This document shows, piece by piece, positions 28,231 to 41,440 of a DNA stretch of 64,000 nucleotides. This DNA is from the human T2T-CHM13v2.0 reference genome, Homo sapiens. The translations under genes and the position numbers were made by a program. Positions within the stretch are counted from its first letter, which is position 1. Every line of letters starts with the position of its first letter. The stretch lies in NCBI RefSeq assembly GCF_009914755.1, contig NC_060927.1. One strand, written 5' to 3'. The notes under the pieces are model-generated. The model did not search any database. It had not been told where the DNA came from and saw nothing but the letters and a program-made list of their open reading frames with translations.

Positions 28231-30070
28231 GCTTGCATGAAGACGTCTCTTGAGCTCTTCTTTGCTGTATCACCCTGAATTTTGCATTCTTCTTCTTCCC
28301 AGTTTGACTTTCATATTGATATGGGTTTGGGGGTATGTTGAAGGAGGTAAGGCCATTTCTGGTATCTCTATAGGCCCAAAGAAGATGGATAAGTGTTTGG
28401 CTCAAATTGCTAAAGAGTGTCTAAACTTAGAATATTGGAATATTTGGTGCTCAGTGCCTTTGGTGTTCAACTTTGGTCCTTATTTTTAATTCAGAAAGAA
28501 ACAAAAATATAATAGCCTTGTTATAATTTTAAAAGAAAAAAATCACTGGTAGTTGTTATTTTCCTTTTTAAAAGAATTACAATTCTTTAGAAATATATAA
28601 TAAAAGGTTCTCTTTAAAACGAATTCCTGAGAAATAGGATTCCTCTCTGAAAGTCAGAGAATCTATAATTTAATCTTCCCTTTTTCATATATAGCATTTA
28701 ACTTTATCTTACTAATATTCAAGAATCGAGCATCCATATATTTTTAAGGATCTGAAAACATTCAGCCTAATTTTAAAGATACATTTTCAAGATTCTGTGA
28801 AGTCTCAAAGGCCTTTCAGCAGTAATTATTCACTGGCAGAACAACATTCTGTAATCATCTTATTCAGAGCATGGGATGCAAATCTTGACTGGAGTGGATG
28901 AAAAAATACTTGGTAATTTATGAACTGTGAAGAAAATAAACCATAGACATTCAGTCCATCAGTGGTCTCGTTAAGAGAGTGGCCTAATGAGCCACACATA
29001 AGACCCAGAGTTTCACCTTCTTTCATCAGTAAAATTAACTTGTAGATATAATCTTTATGTCTATTTTCTTTATATCTATTATATCAAATAGCCAAATTTT
29101 ACCATATAAAGAGAAAACTATCCAGATGACAATAAAAATCATTTTAGCTAAACAAAATATTTAGACTGTTAAAATTACAACTGAAAAGCAGGGTAAAACA
29201 CATATATATTTTTAAAAACTGTGGAAAGGTCTATAAATCGTACCCTTAAACATTTTGTGTATTTATTAAAAGCATAATACCATTATTTAAATATTAATCT
29301 TTCGATTATATTTAAAATGACTGTATTTTTCAACAGTGCTTTGTATATAAAGAAGTTTCATTTATATATAATGTCTAAATCATAGAGAAAATTCAATACT
29401 TTCAGGATCACTTTACAGGATCTTGGCTCTTTCTTACAGTAAATGAAGTTCCATTTGTCCATTTAAAATGCTGAATTTTTAATATGTCCCTCTGCTCTTT
29501 CTCTGTCTCCTCTTCTCTTCAGCTTGGAGAGTCCAGTTCTCACATCTAAAAATCCATTAGCTTCCACAACATGTCACAGAATAGGAGTGGTGTAGGGAAA
29601 AAAAAAAAAGAAAAAAAAGAAAAAAAAAAAGCTGCTTGCCTTACTATTGACCTTTGTGTTGAATGTAAGGATAATCTAATTTTATCTTTTCTCATCATGT
29701 ACATTTTACATGACAGAAGTTCACTAGTATGTTACTTTTACATTTTCAAAATAAAGATTTTGAATTTGACCTGTATTTTCTGCCATAGAGACAACCTTTC
29801 TTACAACAACAATTTAGGGCAATTTAGGACACGTCTCCACCAAGTAAAAGCTGGTGGGACATTTAATTCAAACATAATAGTGTTTTTAAAAAGAAATGTG
29901 AAGCAATTTCTTTACAGATTTTTAAAGTTAGTTATATAAAACTACTCAGTTTGTAATGTGTACTTTGAAGCCCACATTCTTTCACATATTAAATCCTGCG
30001 AACATTTCTCCAAACATGAATATAAACTTTTCTTTAAAAAGTAATTTCAAAGAGAGTAATAAAGTAAGAG

Positions 30071-30292
30071 TAATAATAGCTATTATGTAATTAGTGCTTA
30101 CTACATGAGAGCTACTTCTAACACTTTACGTCATGTAAGCCTGACAATAACAGAATGTGGTAGTTACCATTGTCCCCATTTCCAGATGTTAAAACAAAAA
30201 CTTGAAGAACCTAAGTGACTTGGTAAAAAATAGCTAAGTCAAGAATCCAACCTAGTTATGCTTACCTCCAAAGCCTGACCTCCTTACCACTC
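30071..30292 (-). mobile_element. MIR
   Basis: TAATAATAGCTA..AGTGCTTACTA..TGTCCCCATTTCCAGATG..CTCCAAAGCCTG. Confidence 0.75.
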
Positions 30293-31505
30293 CCCTAATA
30301 TGCTTGTGAATAAATGTAATTTGCAAGCAAATTTCAGGAGCACAAATATTTCATAAAAAGAGTTTTTGTTAAAATGCTTCTCTTATAGATCTAACATTTA
30401 AATTAGGCAATGCAAAAATAAAATCATTTTTCTAACAAAATTTAGATTATATACTGTATCATTATTGCAAAATGCATTACGTCCTCTGCAAAAGGCAGTC
30501 TATAGTATCACTGATAATAGTAAGATGAGCAAATCTGAAAAAAAAAAAAAAAACTTGAAATCTTTCAATGCCTTGGTCTTTTTTTTTTTTTTTCATTTTG
30601 ACCACATTAATGAGCATACTGTGTAGGCCTATACAGTCAAAATAGGGCATAGTGTAGGTATGTATTAGTGAAGACCTCAAAAATACTCTGTGGTCTAATT
30701 TTTACTTCGTTGCAGAATTCTGCACCCAGTCGTCAACCTCTCTTCATCACTTTGTAAAACAACTTAATATTAAGTATGTTTTCTCTTCCCCAATCTCTAT
30801 AGCAAAAAATAAATATTTGAAAAGACAAACTTTTTCAGATGGTATTATAAAGTTTACAATTGCATGCCATCTCTCCAATAGATGGGAAACCACTTTTGTT
30901 TTTCTGAATTATTATTTCACAAGAAATGAATTTTTGTTTGAGTGATGAGACAATCATGACTGAAATTACTTGGTGATCATCTTAATCTGCCCAAGTATAA
31001 GAAATAAATGACTTAGAAGAAAAAAAGTCACCTGCGAGATTCCAAGAAGAGTCTAGATTTTGTACTAAATGACACATTTATCTGTTTGCATATTCCAAAA
31101 TTGATTAAAACATATAGAATATGTCTGGAAAGGAGAACGGAGAGAATTCCATTTGGGCACTTTCAGTAGGGGCTAGATATATTTTTCCATGGATTTAATT
31201 GAAAAAGAAGCTGCAATTCTACCCCGAACAGAACCTCATAACATTAGGGCTAAGCAACCAGATTAAAATCCTTCATCAGAAGAAGCTCAGAAAGAAGTAG
31301 CACCAAAGGGTGAATAACAGTGTATTGAACATGTTTGATTTGTGATATAATAAAACCAAATTACTTTTTTCATTCTTCCTTTAAAATGTATTAGTAGAGG
31401 TAACCATCCGTTGCTTCTGCATTAAACATAGAAAGTCCCATGATTTTTCTTTATTCTCTTAGAAAATGAAATACACACAGCTTATACAGTTTGGAGTGTC
31501 ACCAC

Positions 31506-32298
31506 CTTTTTTTCTTTTTTAGTACTTATATGACCTCGTTATCTTATATATTTAGTGCACAGTGTGATATTTTGATATATGTGTCCATTGTGAAATCATG
31601 AAATCAACCTAGTTAATATATTGATCACCTCACATACTTAGCATTTTGTTGCAGTGAGAACATTTAAGATCTAATCTCTTAGCAATTTTTAAATATAAAA
31701 TACTTTGTTAACTATAGTCACCATGCTATGCAATAGATCTCCAGAACCTATTCATCCTGTTTAACCAAATGTTTTTACCCTTCATCTCAACATGTATCTT
31801 CCACCAGCACTGCCAAAAGCTCCATTCCTGGCAACCACCATTCTACTCTCTACTTCTACAAGTCTGACTTTCTAAGATTCCACATAGAAGTGAGATCATG
31901 CAGTATTTGTCTTTATGTACCTGGCTTATTTCACTTAGTAATAATGTCCCAAGGTTCATCCATGTTGTTGCAAATGACAAGAGTTCCTTCTTTTTTTAAG
32001 GTTGACTAGTATTTCATTGTGTGTGTGTGTGTGTGTGTGTTTGTGTGTGTATACCTATCCACATATACCTATTTACATACATACCTATCCATAAATATCT
32101 ATTTTATACATATACACATATACGCGTGTATATATATATATGTATATATTCATCCTTGATTGACACTTAGATTGAATCCATATCTTAGCTATCATGAATA
32201 GTACTGCAATAAACATGGGAATAAACATCTCTTTAACATATTAATTTAATTTTTTTTGGATATATACCCAGAGGTGGGATTGTTGGATCGTATGAGAG
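31506..32298 (-). mobile_element. L1MA (L1MA6-9-like) 3' end
   Basis: ATCACCTCACATACTTA..GTGAGAACATTTAAGATCTA..TTAACTATAGTCACCATGCT..GATTCCACATA.AAGTGAGATCATGCAGTATTTGTC..GGATATATACCCAGAGGTGGGATTG. Confidence 0.88.
32018..32050. repeat. (TG)n microsatellite within L1MA
   Basis: Read directly. Confidence 0.95.
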
Positions 32299-32957
32299 GG
32301 ACTTTCTTTACTACTTTAAGGAAATGATCACAGAAACACAAATTACATTCAAAATAAGTAATTACTTAGAAAAAAAGAATAACAAAATGCAATTTTTAAA
32401 AAACTTTCAAATATCACAAGCATCACAAAAAAAAATCCCACCATATTTGTTCAATTAGCTGCCTGTAACACTTATGTGATATCTTTTTACTTACATTTTT
32501 TGATAATATGCTTTTTATTACTTGCATATGCCAATAACTTCGTGATGTCTTTTTTCATAGACATATAGATAGTTTTGATCATGATATAGCAAAACAATTA
32601 TTTTAGAATGTTTATTGAGTTTCACATCTTGTTTTAAATTTTTAAGATCATTTCAAATTTAGGGAAAATTCTGTCAAGATTTTTTTTATGTATAAACCAT
32701 CAGATGTGGAAGAATTTTCCACGGAGAACCTTTCGAGTCTTCATATTACAAATGTTGCTGCTTCTTTCACTATCCATATACTTCTATGCCAAGCACATCG
32801 CAAAAACACTCAAATTACAATACGACATGTGACTTTGCACCTTCCTATGATGGTGCCAGATGAGTCTATGCACTGGATGGCAGGACTATTGTAAGGAGCC
32901 ATTTTATACCATTGGATAGATGGCAATAGGTTCATCATGCATAGAAGCAAGTGAAAA

Positions 32958-33235
32958 CAGAAATATATTTCACAGAAGCTAAATGAAAGCTTCCCCGCCT
33001 CAACTTCTCATCTGAGTCCTAAAGCCACTTCCAAGGCACCTGACCAGAATGCAAATGTGGTGGTGGGAGGTCAGAGTGGAAAGAAACAGCAGTGCTAACT
33101 GATTGTGATTTAAATATCATTTATGAAATGTATGCAAATCAGTGACCATGTGACCACATTGCTAAAGCCAATTTGAGGTTTGTGGCATTGAGAGGCCCTG
33201 AAGCTTGCCTTCACGTCTCAGTAAATCTGCCTCTG
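32958..33235. mobile_element. MER115/Zaphod-type (hAT-Tip100) internally deleted element
   Basis: Right end GAGGCCCTGAAGCTT..GTAAATCTGCCTCTG; left end CAGAAATATATTTCACAGAAGCTAAATGAAAGCTT is a decayed inverted copy. Confidence 0.65.
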
Positions 33236-33254
33236 TTCTTGGTTTTAACAGCCT

Positions 33255-33462
33255 ATGGCATTAAAACTCATAGGGATCAGCTCATAGACTGGAGAAACTG
33301 GATTGTGCTGATCTTTTCCCAGCTCTGTGTTGAATGACTTGATGTTGGTATTTAGAAACTGGTCATGCTGGAAGAATTTACACCACAGAAAAGAATAAAT
33401 GCTACAAATCAAAGCTGTTCTTTGGAGGAGCAGCCAGTCAGTATTTACCAGAACAGCACTTG
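33255..33462. mobile_element. MER63 (hAT-Blackjack)
   Basis: ATTTACACCACAGAAA..AAATGCTACAAATCA..ATTTACCAGAACAGCACT. Confidence 0.65.
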
Positions 33463-33599
33463 TCGTATTGTCACTTCAACCAGTAAACTTAAAAAGTGGA
33501 ATGACCTGTTCAAGACAATAGTCAATATTCAAAACTGGAATTAACATTAAATATCCCAGTCTCCCTAAATTCCAGCCCTTTTTAAGACATGGGAATGGG

Positions 33600-34860
33600 G
33601 TTAGTGCCTAGGTGCTTTCTCTTGTTCCCAGTTCTCCTTTTCTAGTTACCAACAGCTTCAGACTCTGGGAATAAGGATGAGAAAGATAGCAAAAAACGTT
33701 TCCTATATTCTGGTAGTTTTCCACCATTTAAGCTTAGAGTTTAAACTGTCTCTTTTTCTTATGGGCATTTTTTGTTTTGTTTGTTTGCTTATTTTTATTG
33801 CTGATGACTTATGTCCTACAGTTCCATTGAGGTGGGCTGATAAATGTAGTGCTTATTTCTGGAGGGCATTTTCAACTTTTTCCACAGCCCCTAGAAATCT
33901 CAGATTTCACCTCCAGCTTTCTGCTACCAGGGTCCTTCTACCCTACAGGTGCTCTCTTGAACAGGACCCCAGATAACCTCTGCTCTTTAGCCCATGTCTA
34001 GCCAATCTCTCCTTTTTAGCCTATGTCTAACCAACAGGAAACACGCATACCTCTCTTACCAATATAAATTTTGAAAATTCAGATTGACCTTCATGTAGCC
34101 ACTTCTGTCTTACTTGCACATATTACACAGTTTTCAGTTTCATGAGTCAGCTATGAGCCTTGTGTTAGTCTTCCAACTTTAGAGAACACATTTCAAACAC
34201 TTCAAGCAGCTTTCTGGAACTCTCTCTCTCTCACTTTTCTAGAGGGGAAGAAGGTTACATTCTTTGTCTCAATTCTCCTTGACTGGGGACATGTTATGGA
34301 CTGAATTGTGCCACTCCGAAATTCATATGTTGAAACCCTAACCTCCACTACCTCTGAATGTGACCTGTCACCTCTTTTTCACCCCTTTAAAATGTACTTG
34401 AAGATAGGTCTTTGAAAGAGGTGGTTAAGTTAAAATAAGACCATTAGAGTGGGTCTTAATTTAATATGACTGGTGATCTCATAAGAAGAGGAAATTTCGA
34501 CACACAGAGATACCATAGTTCCTCTTGTGGGTGCACCATAGGAAACACCATGTGAGAACACAGCAAGAAGGCAACCATCTGCAAGCCAAGGAGAAAGGCC
34601 TCAGGAGGAACCAAACCTGCTGACACCTTAGTCTTGGACTTCTAGCCTCCAGAGCTGTAAGAAAATGAATTTCTGTTGTTTAAGCCACCCAGAATGTATA
34701 TTTCTTTACGACAGCCCTAGCAAACTAGTATAGGGTGAAAGTGTGAGATCTTAAGTCCCTTTTTTCTCTGATATCTTTTTCATATCTATAGAGTATGACA
34801 GTTTTAGAATTGGTCTTCAAACACTTCCCTAACAATTCAGGGATCTGGCTTTGGAATGCC
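33600..34860 (-). mobile_element. possible MamGypLTR2-type ancient LTR hosting an MLT1B
   Basis: Decayed pyrimidine-rich LTR-like sequence continuing on both sides of the MLT1B; family from weak resemblance only. Confidence 0.35.
34292..34732 (+). mobile_element. MLT1B-like solo LTR
   Basis: TGTTATGGACTGAATTGTG..AATTCATATGTTGAAACCCTAA..CATCTGCAAGCCAAGGAGA..GGACTTCTAGCCTCCAGA..CAGCCCTAGCAAACTA. Confidence 0.9.
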
Positions 34861-35969
34861 GAGGTTCTGTCCTCTTGTCACACATGTACCATGAGTTCAG
34901 AGCCCATAGCAGGAGGAGGGTGGATGGACACTTGGGAGGTAACAAGACCAGTTTTTCCCAGGAGGATGTAGCCTTATGGTTACCCACTTCCTTATTCGTA
35001 ATTCTTGTGCTAAGGGCAACCACTATGCTTTTGAGAAATCAAGCTTTCATATTTCTTCATTTACTCACCCATCAAATCCAGAGTACTTTGAGTGTTAAGT
35101 AGTAAAAGAATGAATTAGTGTTAACTTGCTAACATGATACATCACCTTTTAAAGAATCTGAAACAATGTAATTTCTCATATAATTTCTTTCTACTCACAC
35201 TGGGAAAGATATATTACATTTTTAGAAAATCCATTTCCCATTGATTATTAGTTTGATAAAAATATGAGTAATACAAGTTTACAAAGTAGAAATTGTATTC
35301 AGCTTGCAAAATTCTAAGAAATCTATACTTTCAGTTCAGTTTTACTTTTCTCTCTGTTCCTTTTTTAATTTTTTGAAAAAGTTTTGAGGCACAATCTGCA
35401 AACTCAAGCATATAATAAAAAGAGCCTCTTTTATTTTCTTAAACTCAGTTTCTGCTGATTGGCAGAGACTTACATATTGTCAATTTGAGGCTACCCTCCT
35501 GTAACCAAGAAGTTTGACTCTGCCTCAGAGCATGACCCATATCTCTATTCTTGGATTCCCCTGACCCGTGGTATTTTGCCATTTCACTTCTTCATGTCAG
35601 CTAGGAGGTAGGGGCAGAAATCCCCCAGGGTTTGGGGACCTTTGATTACTCCTCTATCCTCTATCCTTTACATTTGAATATTGTTACGTTTCCACCTCTT
35701 TGCCCCTTTGTTCTTATGTCACATCTACCTGTAAGCACCTAACCTAAAAATAATGCAAAAAAAAATGTCATTTTCTACAGCAGTGCCTTGAGTAGAAACT
35801 CAATCAATGGATTGCTGGAGAAAAAATACTTTCATCTAAGTCTGAGAGTAAAATAAAGGATTTCTATATTTAACTACCCTCTGTGGTTATTGACAAACGT
35901 TTTCTTTGCCCGTATCAAGTCATCTGTCACTCAGCACAACCTCTAACATAAATTTTCCCGGTGCTTCTA

Positions 35970-36290
35970 AATCTACATTTTCCTACTCTAGCTTTTATTA
36001 AATAGCCTTATGCCTTACTTTGTGGAGAAAATTAATGTCTCTCATTTGTGATCTTCTTTAATCTCTCACTCCTGTATCTTCAGGTCCAACTGTATCTATA
36101 TCTATCTGGCATACGTTTCTGTACTTTTCAATGGAAAAAATTCCGCAAGCTCCTGTTCAGGGTTAACTTCAGCTCAGGACCTAGCTCCACAACATTCCCT
36201 TCACTTCTCCAACACAGTATTCCCTCACTAAGCTTTGTGTTCATCCTTTCCCTCTCAACTAGACAATTATTATTGTATATTATATACAGG
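35970..36290 (+). mobile_element. L2 fragment
   Basis: GCCTTACTTTGTGGAGAAAATT..CTTTCCCTCTCAACTAGA, pyrimidine-rich L2-like. Confidence 0.45.
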
Positions 36291-36291
36291 T

Positions 36292-36763
36292 TATATTAGT
36301 TTCTAATGACATACCAAATTACCACAAACTTAGTGGTTTAAAACAACATACATTTATTATTTTACAATTTTGGAGGTGAAAAGTCCAAAATGGTCTTATT
36401 GTGCTAAAATCCAGGGCTGTATTTCTTCTGGAGATTCTAGCTGACAATGTATTCTCTTGCCGTCTCCAACTTCCAGAAGCCACCTGTATTCCTCAGCTCA
36501 TGGCCCCCTTCCTCCATCTTCAAAGCCAGCAACATTGCATCATTGAATCTCTCTCACTCTGATCCTAACCCTCTGGTTTCCTTCTTATAAGGACATTTGT
36601 GGCCACATTGGGTTCACCAAGTAATAATACAGGATGATAGTCACATCCCCAAATTCTTAACGTAATTATATTTACAAAATCCCTTTTGGTTAACATATTC
36701 AGATTCTGGAGATTAGAGCATGGAAATCTCTAGCAGGGAAGAGGTGTTATTCTACCTACCACA
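36292..36763 (-). mobile_element. MLT1C/D solo LTR
   Basis: AAATTACCACAAACTTAGTGGTTTAAAACAACA..CTCATGGCCCCCTTCCTCCATCTTCAAAGCCAGCAA..TATTCTACCTACCACA. Confidence 0.9.
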
Positions 36764-36789
36764 CAGTCAATCAACATGCTCAATAGCTT

Positions 36790-37045
36790 TATAGTTAGGA
36801 GCTTTGATTTTATATTTATACTGACCTTTGTTTAATTCCAGTCCTGTAAAAAATAAAAAATATAAAAACTTCTGTCACTTGGGTAGACTACTTAATCTTT
36901 CTAAGTCCCAGTTTCCTCTGAATAAAAAAAAATAGTGCCTACCTGGTAGGTTGATTGTTAGAATTCGGTAAGAAAATGTCTATAGTATTATTTGCATAGT
37001 GTCTGGCACATAATAAATACTCAAAAATTTTTAGGTATTATAATA
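36790..37045 (+). mobile_element. MIR
   Basis: ACTTAATCTTTCTAAGTCCCAGTTTCCTC..ATAGTGCCTACC..GTGTCTGGCACATAATAAATACTCAA. Confidence 0.75.
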
Positions 37046-37879
37046 TTTGTTACCAATAACTGAAAAAAATAGTTACACCTCATATCTTCAACTATTTTAC
37101 AATCTGAGCTTATACGGCCTTTGATCATCTTCTTTCCTGAGCACTAGCATGTTATACTTCATTGTTTCTTTAAAGCAGTAACATGAGTTTCCAACAGCCT
37201 TGGAATTTCTCATTAGCCATCTCTAATATGCTGTACAGTACTGCATGTTCTAATTTATTTGGATTATAAATATTCCCTCAGAATTCATAAACATTATAAA
37301 ATGTCAAACATGATAGACAATAATATAAATTTCCCATGCATTTCTTATCTTCTCAGCTAGATAGCCCTTCTAAGCAAATATTTTCAAAGGCAATTCTGGT
37401 TAAGCATTATTTTAACCTTCTTTAAGATTAAGTCAACTTAATTGTCTTTAGTCTATCTAATTTCTGACAGCGTCTCATTTATAACCTTTTTCACATTTTC
37501 TTATCTCTCATTAATGACTTCATTTAAATGCTGCTCTCCCTCAAATACACATGCCCACTGCAGTGGTGCCCCTTAACCACTCCAGTAAAAGGGTAACACC
37601 TATCCTACCCAGGAATAGAATGTTGGGAAATAAAACAAAATAATGAATGTAATGGTGCTTTGAAACCCATTGAGAGTTCTACAAATGTAGGACATAATAC
37701 TGTTTATGACTTATAATTGTTATTAATAGAGGTTCAATATGTTGAAGTGGCTAAGTATTACTATATCTCACCACATGCATACACCCGTATCCTAAAACTT
37801 TGCTAGCTATACATATTAATAATTTTATGACAAAAAGGGGTTCCCTTATATTACCATTTATTTTTTCTTAGACGAACAT

Positions 37880-39062
37880 TATCTTAAGCCCTGTCAGAAT
37901 ACAAAACAGCTAATATCCATGTTCACATAAAACATTCATGTTGGTTTAAAGGTAGTACTTTAAGCAAAGTGCATGTATGAGTATTATATATACATGTATA
38001 TGTATATTCATACATATATAGTGATAAATATTGTAAAGAAAAATGAGTAGAATAGGAAGCTATAGACCCCAGAGTATATTACAGAAGCCTTCTAATTCAT
38101 TATGGTATTTGAGGATGGACTTGAGGGAGGATTTGAAGGAGCCAGGTAATTAACTGGGGAAGAATACGCTAAAGATAATGCAAGAGGTAAATACCCTCAA
38201 GTGGGCAGGTATCCTTGGTTTGTATGAGGGATAGCAAAGAGGCAAGTATAAGTAAATAAGGGAAAGAATAGTTGAAGATAAAGAGGTAGTCAAGATTCAA
38301 ATTATTTGCAGTCTCGAAGGCTATGATAAGAACTTGGGGTTTTATTATGAATGCAGTTAAATTCTGATTGCAGCAGAATGACATAATCATACCCACATTT
38401 TTAAAGGACCACTAAAATTGTTTTGTGAAAACATTGGTTGGCGGCGGGTACAGGAATTGAATTAGGAAAACCAGATAGTATTTTATTGCAGGAATTCTGG
38501 TAAGAGATGATGGCAACTTGGTCTGTGGTTTTAGCAAGTGGTAAGAAGTGGTCAGATCTCGATTTATTTTAAACTCAAATCCAGGAGCACATGCCCTCGT
38601 ATAAGATAAGTGATATAAGAGAATGTCATAAGTCAAGGATAACTACAAGCTTTCTCATCCATATAACTAAAAAGAAGAAGTTTTCCTGAGCTGTGATAGG
38701 AATCCCATGGAAGATAAATAAATGGTTTTCTCAGTTAAAATAAAGAATAAATCAGGTTTCAGGTAGACACACATTGCCTGAGGTGGTCTGGGATTATAAT
38801 TGGCCAAGATGGGGAAGAATTAAGAGCATTCAGGTAGTTCATCTCTGAACACAAAAAGTTGAAATACTAATGAATGTCCATTTGGAGGTGACAGCAGTAT
38901 GTTAAAAATATAAAACTGGATTTTATGAAGAAACTTCTGTGTTGGCATTATACATTTGACAACTGTCAGTGCAAATAAGATATTTAAAGCTATACGACAG
39001 GATGAGATCATCTGGAACACAAATGTAAACAAAGAAGAGCACATGTTCAAGAACTGAGCCAA
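37880..39062 (-). mobile_element. L2 (L2a-like) fragment
   Basis: ATAGCAAAGAGGC, TAAGAACTTGGGGTTTTATT, GAGATGATGGCAACTTGGTCTG, GTCAAGGATAACT, GGATGAGATCATC..GAACTGAGCC. Confidence 0.8.
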
Positions 39063-39552
39063 TTTATTTTGATGAGTATATTGAAGCCCAGACTAATTAA
39101 GAGACTTCTACTAGTTCAGCTAATGATCCCTAGGGCCAGGATTAGAAATGCACTCTCCTTAATATCCAGCCAGTGTTCTTTCCAGTAAAGTTACCGCTGC
39201 CTTGAATTAAAATGTAAATATGTTTCCTACATGGACACACATTAACACATAAAAAAAATCTTGAGATATCCACATAGTTCCAAGTAGGTAGATTCCCAAA
39301 GGTGTCCTTCACCTCTGAATACTATGCAACCAACAGTCATTGTGCAGAGCAGATTAACGTATCTTAAGAAAATTTACTTTCATCATATTATAACTGCTTC
39401 CAAAGGACAGATATCTACTATAGCTCCCAAATAAAAATTCTAAACAGAAATGTACAAGTTTTATTGCATAAAGGAAACAAAATGATCTTTTTTTTTTTAA
39501 ATGAAATAATCATTTTCCTCTTGTATCACAGTGAAATTAATCTTATGTCTCA

Positions 39553-39951
39553 TAATATGGTTTGGATGTTTGTCCCCTCCAAATCTCATGTTGAAATGGG
39601 ATTCCCAGTGTTGGAGGTGGGGACTGGATTAGATCATGGAGTTGAATCCCTTGTGAATGACTTAGTGCCATTCTTTGGATGATTAGTGAGTTTAAGCAAG
39701 ATCTGGTTGCTTAAAAGTATGTGCCACCTCCCCCTTCTCTCTCTCACACCGTTCTTGCCATATGATGCTCCTGTTCCCACTTCACCTTCCACCATGATTG
39801 TAAACTTCCTGAGGCTCTTGCCAGAAGCCTAGCAGATGTTGGTGTTATGCTCAAACAGTTTGCAGAACTCTGAGCCAATTACAATTTTTTCTTTGTAAAT
39901 TACCAAGCCTCAGGTATTGCTTTGTAGCAACAAAAGAACAACCTAACCACA
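39553..39951 (+). mobile_element. MST (MSTA/B-like) solo LTR
   Basis: ATATGGTTTGGATGTTTGTCCCCTCCAAATCTCATGTTGAAAT..CATGATTGTAAACTTCCTGAGGC..CTCAGGTATT; CTCA on both flanks. Confidence 0.92.
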
Positions 39952-40132
39952 CTCATCCAGTAGATAGCACGTTCTTGAATAACAAAGATCTTTTGTTATA
40001 GATCTTTTGTACCGTCCTGATTATACAGCCTGCTACCTGTTTGGTTTTCAACAAATAGTTTCTGAGGAGACAAATGAAAGAATGAAGGAAGAAACAAAAA
40101 GATTTAAAAATTGTGCTATCAATGTTAAAAAG

Positions 40133-40490
40133 TGTCTTATTCAGTTCAGGTTGTTATACCAGCTAGGTGGCTTATTAACAATAGAAATGTACTTCTCACA
40201 GTTCTGGAGGCTAAAAGTCCAAGATCAGGGTGCCAACCTAGTAAGGTTCTGGTGAGGGCCATCTTGCAGGTGGCAAAATACTGACTTCTCATTGTATCCT
40301 CACATGACAGAAACAGGGTGAGGGAGCTCTGTGGGATCTCTTTTATAAGGACACTAATACTCTTTATAATGGCCCTACTTCCATGACCTAATTACCTTCC
40401 AAAGCTGCCACTTCCTAATACCCTCACATTAGGAGTTCAAGATATAGAATTTGGGAGGTACACAAATATTCAAATATTCAGTCCATTGCA
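40133..40490 (-). mobile_element. MLT1A0-like solo LTR
   Basis: TGTCTTA..TTCTCACAGTTCTGGAGGCT..AAGTCCAAGATCA..TCTTTTATAAGGACACTAAT..ATTCAGTCCATTGCA; TSD AAAAG/AGAAG. Confidence 0.9.
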
Positions 40491-40559
40491 AGAAGTTTGA
40501 GCATCACGTTATTTTGTTAATTGACTCTCATTAGTTCATTCTGAGAAAGGAGTTTCAAT

Positions 40560-41100
40560 CAAGCAGGGGAGAAGGAAAAGATAGCCACCCTACGAAATAG
40601 AAGGAAAAAAAGAGGAGTAGTTAGGAGAAAAAAAGAGAAAAAAATTCAGGATAAGAAGAATTTGGAAACTTTGAATTAACATAAAGAATTCAGTCAAGAT
40701 GGGAGAGCCTGAAGATACAAACAAGTGCAATGGATTTCTTAAGAATGGAAGGAAATCAAACAGGAGAGGTTTAAACTGTTTGAGGCATGGAGTAGTTAGA
40801 CTTGAAAGAGTAGAGAAAAAAAAATTATGAAACAAGAGGAAAGTAAATAAATCAAAAAAACTTTGAGATAGAAAACAATTCAAGGAGAAAGATGAAACTA
40901 ATCTTAGTGATGTAGGAAGTCAAGTCATTCTTTGAGAGTGAATAAGATGGTGGTGTCATTGGATATGAGAAGTCTCAGAAAGTATCAGAACAACCTCTGT
41001 TAGAACTATGGTAGGAAGCCCACAAGAAACAGATAAATTGAGGTCTAAGTTGTAATAAAGGATGAGAACACTATGAATTGGAATTGGATACAATATAATT
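40560..41100 (-). mobile_element. probable decayed L2 internal fragment (purine-rich on +)
   Basis: Strong A/G skew with weak L2-like motifs. Confidence 0.35.
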
Positions 41101-41221
41101 TCAACCCAAGTTTAATGAAAAGGCTTTACTAGCACTAACTGTACAAAAAAAATGTACAAGTACAATTGAAAATCCAATCTTTGAGTGGATAAAGAGATTT
41201 CAATGCAAACACATCACAGAT

Positions 41222-41440
41222 AGGTCACTTCCTGAGCCATTTACTGTGTAATAGTCTCTAATCTAAACATATCTCATCAATTAACTCACTTAATTCCTTC
41301 AAGAATTCAATGAGACAGAATCTATTATCATCTCTGTTTTAGATATGAGTAACTGATGCATAGAAATGTTAAGCTATTTAATCGTGGCAAACTACTAAGC
41401 CAAGCTTTGAACTAGAAGTAACCTGAGTTCAAATGCCAAG
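41222..41440 (-). mobile_element. MIR
   Basis: TTAACTCACTTAATTCC..CTATTATCATCTCTGTTTTAGATATGAGTAACTGATGCATAGA. Confidence 0.7.
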
